Below are positions 57,831-64,000 of a stretch of DNA of 64,000 nt, in pieces. Below the pieces are notes generated by a model that had not been told where the DNA came from, made no database searches, and saw only the letters and a list, made by a program, of their open reading frames with translations. This DNA is from a virus (Duplodnaviria; Heunggongvirae; Uroviricota; Caudoviricetes): the IMG/VR virus record IMGVR_UViG_3300012925_000006; one strand, 5' to 3'. Every line of letters starts with the position of its first letter. Position 1 is the stretch's first letter. Position numbers and translations under genes: made by a program.

Positions 57831-58628
57831 TCAGCAATTTACAGCGTATTTATTTATGATCCCGATTAAAACATCCTTACCAAGAGAGGTTATTTTGAGG
57901 ATTGCTTTCTTGGATACCCCATATTTCTGCACATAACCACGTTGTTGAAGTGTACCAAATGCTGTTTTTATCTTGGTTGGGCTGGATTGATAGGCTCTCT
58001 TAAAGGTTTGCTGGTAAATAGAGCTACTGGGAACCTCTTTCCCGGAGAAAAGAGTCATTAAAACGTATATTTCTGGGATATTCAATCCAGTCTGGGAAAC
58101 GATCGTCTTTTTGTTTGATTCCCAATAAGTTAAGAACTTAATTATGTATTCTCGCTCCTCAGTAGCCTTGGCAACTTTATTTTTTGGAGAATTCTTAGCT
58201 TTTATGAGATAATTATAAGAAGGTGCCGCACTCAGGTCATTTAAGTACTGTAGGGAATCCCCTAATTCTTTGTTTCCGATAACTAACGTTCCACTGAGAA
58301 TAATAGTCTTTGCCTGATCCTGGCTATAATCTCGTTCTTTTGCCGCCTTACGAAGCTCCATGAACTGCCCTGGTGTCATTCCCCGGTCTTCATCTTCAAT
58401 TACTATCCAGAATCGTTTATTTAAAGCCCTCCAAAGGATGTATAGTTTTGCCAGAAATCCCAGTTTGCTAGTCGAGTTTGAATTGAAAGCGCCACCCTTC
58501 CGGAATAGTTTAAAAATAACATCCTTCGGTAAGGCGTCTTTTGCTTCCGGAGTTAAATGCGGGAATTGATCTACAAAATAGAGGTCAAGACTCTCACATG
58601 ACAAATCAAATCGGGTTAAATAGGGCAT
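57831..58628 (-). CDS. 265-aa protein with a C-terminal winged-helix-like segment; possible small terminase / DNA-binding packaging protein
   Basis: Position immediately upstream of the terminase-position gene; weak. Confidence 0.3.
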   Translation of the reverse strand: MPYLTRFDLSCESLDLYFVDQFPHLTPEAKDALPKDVIFKLFRKGGAFNSNSTSKLGFLAKLYILWRALNKRFWIVIEDEDRGMTPGQFMELRKAAKERDYSQDQAKTIILSGTLVIGNKELGDSLQYLNDLSAAPSYNYLIKAKNSPKNKVAKATEEREYIIKFLTYWESNKKTIVSQTGLNIPEIYVLMTLFSGKEVPSSSIYQQTFKRAYQSSPTKIKTAFGTLQQRGYVQKYGVSKKAILKITSLGKDVLIGIINKYAVNC

Positions 58629-58805
58629 TTATTCGTTCGGCTTAGATTTTAGAGTATAACATGGATTTCCCGGACACCCTCCCCTTTCTGAATAAAATAG
58701 AATTTTACCACAATCACAGATTCTTTTATCTAAATGAACATCCTTTGACTGTGGAATTTGACCATCAACACGGTGAGCTTCTTTACATTTAATTTCCTGT
58801 TCCAT
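58629..58805 (-). CDS. 58-aa Cys-rich zinc-ribbon-like protein (MEQEIKCKEAH...CDCGK...GGCPGNPC); its TAA abuts the ATG of the next gene
   Basis: Read by hand; tight stop-start coupling. Confidence 0.4.
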   Translation of the reverse strand: MEQEIKCKEAHRVDGQIPQSKDVHLDKRICDCGKILFYSERGGCPGNPCYTLKSKPNE

Positions 58806-59781
58806 TTTTTATACTGTTTATCATTGATAACATTGTTTCAAATCTGTGTTTCCAAGTATGATTATCTAAGAAATTAGATTCTTGGAGTAAAGATATTTTA
58901 TTAATCATTCCATGAAAGACTGGTTCATTTAGATAATTGTTGCATATATTTTTCAATTCCCAAAGTGTCTCCCAATATGGCATCGGTTTAAATGAAAAAT
59001 CTTCTTTAAGTCCAGTGTAATATTGAGGAATCGTAAGTGTTCCACAAGCCATTGCCCTCCATTGCCTATCGCTACAATATCCGTTTCTTTTGTAATTATT
59101 GTGGGTAATGGCAATCTTACATCCGTTATAAATATTCACTTCTTCAATTGGATTGACCATTTTACTACCGGGTTCCCATGCTATCCCATAAACACCGAAT
59201 CTATCTCCAAATTCAGCCTTCATAAAGTTAACCATTCCTACCCGTTCCTGTGCTTGTTCAAATTCAAGGTTAGTATTGGCATAATTATTCCCTATGAAAA
59301 CTATCTCCGGATATTTTATATCATCAGGAAGAACAATAGGTCGGTACTGATCGGTATCACATGAACTATGAAGATGTCCAACAGTATTTATTCCTCGCCT
59401 CTTTGCCTCTTCTACATCTTCATGGCAGGCAAATAGTGTAAGTCCAAAATGGGTAGCAACATCATAATACCATTCTGTTTGTTCTGGACCTCTAACATCA
59501 AAAGTAAAATTAACAGTAAACCCACATTTTGATAACTCAATAGCCGTTTCTTCGTCACATATAGAATCATTTTGAAATTGACAGAATATCAAGTCAGGCA
59601 TTATCTGTTTTGCGGCAGCAATCATTCGGCCTTGACATCCCAAAATCCCCTCATTAAATCGAACCGCCTGCCAATCAAAAAAATGATACTCGATAAATCC
59701 AGACCCCCTAAATCCTTTTTCCATTCCTTTAGGTGAATGTGACGGAGCTTGTATGCCTATATGGAGGACGGATTTATACAT
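58789..59781 (-). CDS. CgeB-like / DUF3880-type glycosyltransferase (330 aa)
   Basis: C-terminal ...KIAITHNNYKRNGYCSDRQWRAMACGTLTI resembles the conserved CgeB-family glycosyltransferase C-terminal region. Confidence 0.5.
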   Translation of the reverse strand: MYKSVLHIGIQAPSHSPKGMEKGFRGSGFIEYHFFDWQAVRFNEGILGCQGRMIAAAKQIMPDLIFCQFQNDSICDEETAIELSKCGFTVNFTFDVRGPEQTEWYYDVATHFGLTLFACHEDVEEAKRRGINTVGHLHSSCDTDQYRPIVLPDDIKYPEIVFIGNNYANTNLEFEQAQERVGMVNFMKAEFGDRFGVYGIAWEPGSKMVNPIEEVNIYNGCKIAITHNNYKRNGYCSDRQWRAMACGTLTIPQYYTGLKEDFSFKPMPYWETLWELKNICNNYLNEPVFHGMINKISLLQESNFLDNHTWKHRFETMLSMINSIKNGTGN

Positions 59782-60463
59782 TTTTCATATTTTTAGTTGC
59801 CAATCGTTTTATAATATCATTCGAAGATTTTCCTCTTTTTAGACTGCCAGTAAATGTTCTATAATTTATTCCGAAATAATCTGCCGCATCCTTGGCAATC
59901 ATTTTATGGCCGTCAAATTCGATCCAGATATTAGTTCTTTTGCCCCTAGACTGCTCTCTTGTCGTCCCCCACCTACAGTTTTCTACAGTATAATTTCCAT
60001 TTATGTCAGGCCATCTATCCAAACTGTGTTTACTAGAGGGCCTACGTCCCATGTCTTTCAAAAAACTATCGAAACTATTTACCCATCTTTCACACACTTT
60101 TATTCCTCTAGCTCCGTAGTTTTTATATTGCTGGTCATTTACATCTAAGCACCTAGACTTCATATGTGACCAAGCATTATATTCTGGGTTAATGCTATTT
60201 TTTGGACATAACCCATGTGTTGTATTGGTCGATATTAGTATCTCTTTTTTAAAACAGCCACACGACTTGATTATCCCATTTCTTAATGCCCCTAACAAAG
60301 CATTAACCTTTGCTCCGCAATCACAAATGCAAACAATCATCCTACTTTTAATACCTCCTGATGAATAATGCGGCTCTCCTTCCTTTAAACAGATTAGTCT
60401 TCCGTATCTTTCTCCTATTACGTCTACTCTATTTCTCATCAATAATCGCTTTTGGTTTATCAT
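59774..60463 (-). CDS. HNH-family homing-endonuclease-like protein (229 aa), paralog 3 of 3
   Basis: Block YNAWSHMKSRCLD..YKNYGARGIKVCERWVNSFDSFLKDMGRRPSSKHSLDRWPDINGNYTVENCRWGT. Confidence 0.65.
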   Translation of the reverse strand: MINQKRLLMRNRVDVIGERYGRLICLKEGEPHYSSGGIKSRMIVCICDCGAKVNALLGALRNGIIKSCGCFKKEILISTNTTHGLCPKNSINPEYNAWSHMKSRCLDVNDQQYKNYGARGIKVCERWVNSFDSFLKDMGRRPSSKHSLDRWPDINGNYTVENCRWGTTREQSRGKRTNIWIEFDGHKMIAKDAADYFGINYRTFTGSLKRGKSSNDIIKRLATKNMKNV

Positions 60464-60472
60464 ATGCCATAA

Positions 60473-61120
60473 TCAATATTTATATATATCTAATTTACTA
60501 AATTCTTCGAAGGAAGGAAATTTGTCACTTTCTTTTCTGAGGACCGAAAATATATTATATCCATCCACAAAGTTTCCAGAGGCAGCGTTTTCTCCAAGCT
60601 CTAATATTGAGTATCCAGCATGTTTAACTAGCCCGGTATAAAATTCCTGTGTCAGATATGTATATCCATGCTGAGGCCAATTTTTTGTTTTCGGATTGAC
60701 ATTTACCATAATTCCTCCTACCTTCAAAAGATTATGCTTATTTAGCCAAAAATTATAAAATCCTTCAATGATCTTTTTTTCTCCTTTTGGGTAGACGGAA
60801 TTAATATGGCCTTCATGAAAAGAAACCGTTTCGTATTCATCTGCTTGAACTACATGTTCACCAAAACCTATATCTGTGACAAGATCAAACTTAGCTCCTA
60901 TTGAAATAGGATAAGCAAGATCCAGCCTGAGAGCATTATTGTCACCTGCCAAATCTATACAAACATAATCTGATACCCCTTTCATACCATACCAACTCGA
61001 AATAAAAGGAGGAATAATCGATCTCGTTGTATAATCATTTTGCGAACCAGTGTCCAAAACGGACATTCCCGGCTCAATATATTTTTCTATTAATTTTATT
61101 TCATCCTGAGTGTATCCCAT
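60473..61120 (-). CDS. Possible class I SAM-dependent methyltransferase (215 aa)
   Basis: Motif-I-like VLDTGSQ and an acidic DLVTDIGFGEHV segment; weak. Confidence 0.4.
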   Translation of the reverse strand: MGYTQDEIKLIEKYIEPGMSVLDTGSQNDYTTRSIIPPFISSWYGMKGVSDYVCIDLAGDNNALRLDLAYPISIGAKFDLVTDIGFGEHVVQADEYETVSFHEGHINSVYPKGEKKIIEGFYNFWLNKHNLLKVGGIMVNVNPKTKNWPQHGYTYLTQEFYTGLVKHAGYSILELGENAASGNFVDGYNIFSVLRKESDKFPSFEEFSKLDIYKY

Positions 61121-61123
61121 AAT

Positions 61124-61858
61124 TTATATTATTCCTCTATTTACTAAAATCGGCTCCCCGTATTCCTTTGTTACATCATGTGGTTCATAGCACAGAGTGC
61201 CGTAAGGTAATAATGGAATATTTCTTTTCCCAAGAATAAGCGACAAGCAAGGCTGATCCCCCCTATGACCCAAGAATCCAGGCCGAACGCTACCGTTTTT
61301 CATATTAAAAGAAACGCCGTCCAAACACATTTTCATCCATTCTTCGAAAATATCTATTGTGGATGGATGGTCAAAATCAAAGAAAACAGCACAGCACATC
61401 ACTTGATTCATATTTTCTAAGTGCATTTCAGAAACTCCTGATCGTTCCAAGGCAAAATCGCTTACCCAGTTCTTTAGAGGAAATCCAAGGTTATCAAAAG
61501 CACAGACTCCATGTTCCTTGGCATAATCCCAAAGAGGTGCCATATCGCCAACCTTAGTAACAGTACTATCACACCATGCTATACGCCTAAAACCAAGCTC
61601 ATATGCCTCCCATATAAGGAAAAGTTTAAAACCATAATTTACCTCTTCCATATTGTAGCTCTTCCCGTATTTTTCTGTTATTGGTAAAGATCCCAACAAT
61701 ATTTTAACGCCAAGATATTCGTCAACATACGAATCGGTGCTTCTCAATAAGAAATCCCCATCATATCCGGTTTCTTTAAACGTTCGGATGAGACGCAAAA
61801 TAGCCTTGTTATACATTTCCCGACCTGATGAACTAAAGCTAACTATACATTCTTTCAT
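61124..61858 (-). CDS. Hypothetical protein (244 aa) inside the glycosyl/methyl-transferase cassette
   Basis: ORF track; overlaps flanking genes (operon). Confidence 0.5.
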   Translation of the reverse strand: MKECIVSFSSSGREMYNKAILRLIRTFKETGYDGDFLLRSTDSYVDEYLGVKILLGSLPITEKYGKSYNMEEVNYGFKLFLIWEAYELGFRRIAWCDSTVTKVGDMAPLWDYAKEHGVCAFDNLGFPLKNWVSDFALERSGVSEMHLENMNQVMCCAVFFDFDHPSTIDIFEEWMKMCLDGVSFNMKNGSVRPGFLGHRGDQPCLSLILGKRNIPLLPYGTLCYEPHDVTKEYGEPILVNRGII

Positions 61859-62517
61859 TTTGTGTAGATTCTGTTCTCAGCGTTTGTATGAATCAGTTTA
61901 AGTCCATGACTAGAAAGGAGGCCATCATACAATTCTGCATTCTTCCCATTCCATTCTATGATTGCCATTTTTGTTCCTAGTTTCTTGAAATCTATTTGGG
62001 GTACTACCTCAGGCTCCATCCCTTCTATATCTATCGTAATAAATTCAAACTTATCATAATAAGATTTGGTAAGAAGAGATGTAAAATATAAGACAGGGAC
62101 TTTCATTTTTTCGAATGGCATATTCAATGAAATCCATCGATCCATTTCATCTTTTCTTATAGATGACACTAGTGCAACGTCACCAGTTCCCAATAATGTT
62201 CCAGATTCATTGAAATCAATTTCTCCATCGTAAGACCCTATTGCTACATTTAATAACTGCAATCTTGGATTTGAAGAATGCAGACTTTGAAGACGTTGAA
62301 AAGCCTTAGGGCTGGCTTCTACAAATGTTCCCACCCATCCTCTTTCCACTAATGCCAGAGAATTAGATAGCGTTTTTCCGTCATTGGCTCCGATATCAAG
62401 GAGTGTTCCTTTACTTTCACCGAAATACTCTAAAATGATTGACTCTTCTTTATTTTGTGAATAAGACATAATGAAAATTTTAACGCCTTCATCGGGGTCG
62501 GTTGAGTAAAGCATCAA
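61855..62517 (-). CDS. FkbM-family methyltransferase (220 aa)
   Basis: LLDIGANDGKT (FkbM motif I), FVEASP, ITIDIEGME, typical of Methyltransf_21/FkbM sugar O-methyltransferases. Confidence 0.65.
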   Translation of the reverse strand: MMLYSTDPDEGVKIFIMSYSQNKEESIILEYFGESKGTLLDIGANDGKTLSNSLALVERGWVGTFVEASPKAFQRLQSLHSSNPRLQLLNVAIGSYDGEIDFNESGTLLGTGDVALVSSIRKDEMDRWISLNMPFEKMKVPVLYFTSLLTKSYYDKFEFITIDIEGMEPEVVPQIDFKKLGTKMAIIEWNGKNAELYDGLLSSHGLKLIHTNAENRIYTK

Positions 62518-62648
62518 AACCAGTGGAGGTAGAAACTTTCCGATTCCCTTTGAAGGCGTTTATTTTTAACTAAAAGTGTTGCTGAAATTCATGTTTTAAT
62601 TTGCTTTACTCAAACCGAAAGTAAATACTATTATAGAATCGACCAAAT

Positions 62649-63230
62649 TTATTTTACCGGAACAAATTGGTAAACGTACATCGGCGCTCTTTCGATACGA
62701 TATTCCGTTTTTATTTCACCGGACTGATGAATAGCCAAGGCAAATGCATAATCTTCAAATTGATAAACATCAGGGAATTTGAATTTTTTAGCTATACTGG
62801 CCCTAATTCCAGTTATGTGATTCGGGAAGCGAAAATACACCTCCTCTCCTTTTTCATCCCTCCCTGTTCTATATTCATAGTCTTTACTTATATGCCATTT
62901 TTTTTCCATTGAACCATTGGTCAACATTATTCCACTCATTCCAAAACAATCCGCATCACTTTGAGCGGCAGCCAAAAGCTCTTCTATGTAGTAATCTGGA
63001 ACAGCATCATCATCGTCAATACTAATGACATATTTTCCTGTTGCCTCTTGAAGTAATTCATTTCTCTTAGTCCCGGTAGGTTTTTCTCCCCCATCCTGTT
63101 TTACATTAATTTCTACTAAATCTTCAACATCTAATTTTTTTATCTGTACTTCAAGATTACGTAATAAAGAAGCCAACATTCCGGTTCTCTTATGAAGACT
63201 ACAAATGAGGATACTTATGATAGGTTCCAT
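62649..63230 (-). CDS. Family-2-type (GT-A fold) glycosyltransferase (193 aa)
   Basis: N-terminal ISILICSL...R plus DxD-type ISIDDDD motif. Confidence 0.6.
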   Translation of the reverse strand: MEPIISILICSLHKRTGMLASLLRNLEVQIKKLDVEDLVEINVKQDGGEKPTGTKRNELLQEATGKYVISIDDDDAVPDYYIEELLAAAQSDADCFGMSGIMLTNGSMEKKWHISKDYEYRTGRDEKGEEVYFRFPNHITGIRASIAKKFKFPDVYQFEDYAFALAIHQSGEIKTEYRIERAPMYVYQFVPVK

Positions 63231-63238
63231 TTTTTATT

Positions 63239-63928
63239 TTAAAGAGTATATAATCCAAAGTTTTCTGCTTTTCTTTTTTGAAAGGTCATTCCATCTTGCG
63301 CGTACATATTTCTTTCTTCGTTCTTGGCGTATAACGCATCCATCTGAGACATTCCCCATACTGGATGGAAATGATCATATATTTTCATAGGGATAAAAGC
63401 ATATTTGTTTCTGATTATAGACATCCACGTAAATTCATTATCAGCGCTCACTGATTTATATATGGGATTGTATAACCATCCGTCACGTTCGAAATATTTT
63501 CTCCCTAAAATACTAAGGGTTATTAATTCGTGCTTGGCGTGACTATCCGGGAAATGCAACACTCCGTCCATATCAGGGAAATATTCCTTCATTCTCTCGA
63601 CGATAATAGTATCGAATCCTTTAACAAGGAACTTCATATCATCGCTCATTACTATGCACACATCCCATTCTCCAGAAAACTCCATATCTCTTGATATAGC
63701 ATTTATCTTCCCGGTAGATGTTCCATATATAGCCCTTACCTTAGGATAAAGGATAAGTCTTTCTTTTATCTCTGGCGCGGTCATTGATTCATCGGTAAAA
63801 TCAAAGGTTGCCAGTATTTCAAAATTATTGTGGGTGGATAGACTATGAATATTATCCAACGATTCAAAAAACTTATTTGGCCTTGATCGGCTGGCAAATT
63901 TGTAAAGGATTTTTATATTATCGTTCAT
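63239..63928 (-). CDS. Putative glycosyltransferase-like protein (229 aa)
   Basis: Acidic MSDDM (DxD-like) motif; weak; operon context with the GT2 gene. Confidence 0.35.
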   Translation of the reverse strand: MNDNIKILYKFASRSRPNKFFESLDNIHSLSTHNNFEILATFDFTDESMTAPEIKERLILYPKVRAIYGTSTGKINAISRDMEFSGEWDVCIVMSDDMKFLVKGFDTIIVERMKEYFPDMDGVLHFPDSHAKHELITLSILGRKYFERDGWLYNPIYKSVSADNEFTWMSIIRNKYAFIPMKIYDHFHPVWGMSQMDALYAKNEERNMYAQDGMTFQKRKAENFGLYTL

Positions 63929-64000
63929 TTTTGTATTTATTGGCTGTTTGTTCTGAGGAGAATTGAATAAATCCTTTAGCTGGCGAATGATCCTGCCATG

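Noticed and set aside
1-64000. tRNA genes or a CRISPR array
   Set aside because: No cloverleaf-like GTTC...CCA segments and no regularly spaced direct repeats with unique spacers were seen. The only tandem repeats are the terminator units at 4440-4640 and intragenic coding repeats.

Overview
The window reads as part of a double-stranded DNA phage genome. Composition and signal-peptide/lipoprotein style suggest a Bacteroidota-type host, but that is inferred from the sequence alone. The layout is: (i) a + strand array of about 15 very small early-type genes (533-3981); (ii) an 850-bp non-coding zone (3990-4800) holding one + strand and four - strand intrinsic terminators arranged partly as tandem repeat units; (iii) a long - strand late operon (about 63.9 kb down to 4.9 kb). 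In transcription order the late operon carries: a glycosyltransferase/methyltransferase cassette; a packaging/head module (possible small terminase, a 660-aa terminase-position protein, an 831-aa portal-like protein, a scaffold-like acidic coiled-coil protein, a 488-aa capsid-like protein); large tail/baseplate proteins (1018, 1585, 2619 aa); a lytic-transglycosylase-domain virion protein; an overlapping GNAT / C39-like peptidase / ATP-grasp trio followed by a Cys-repeat small protein; receptor-binding proteins (beta-helix tailspike, 1386-aa BNR-repeat fibre, RCC1-repeat propeller); and a lysis cassette (membrane proteins, CHAP/TIGR02594-like endolysin, SPFH gene with an in-frame TAA). Four HNH-type homing-endonuclease-like genes are interspersed, three of them clear paralogs. 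Two + strand insertions (an IS1595-transposase-derived zinc-ribbon protein; an RHH protein plus a 242-aa partner) interrupt the - strand operon. No rRNA, tRNA or CRISPR array was recognised by eye. All functional calls rest on motifs read from the translations and are inferential; no database search was possible.
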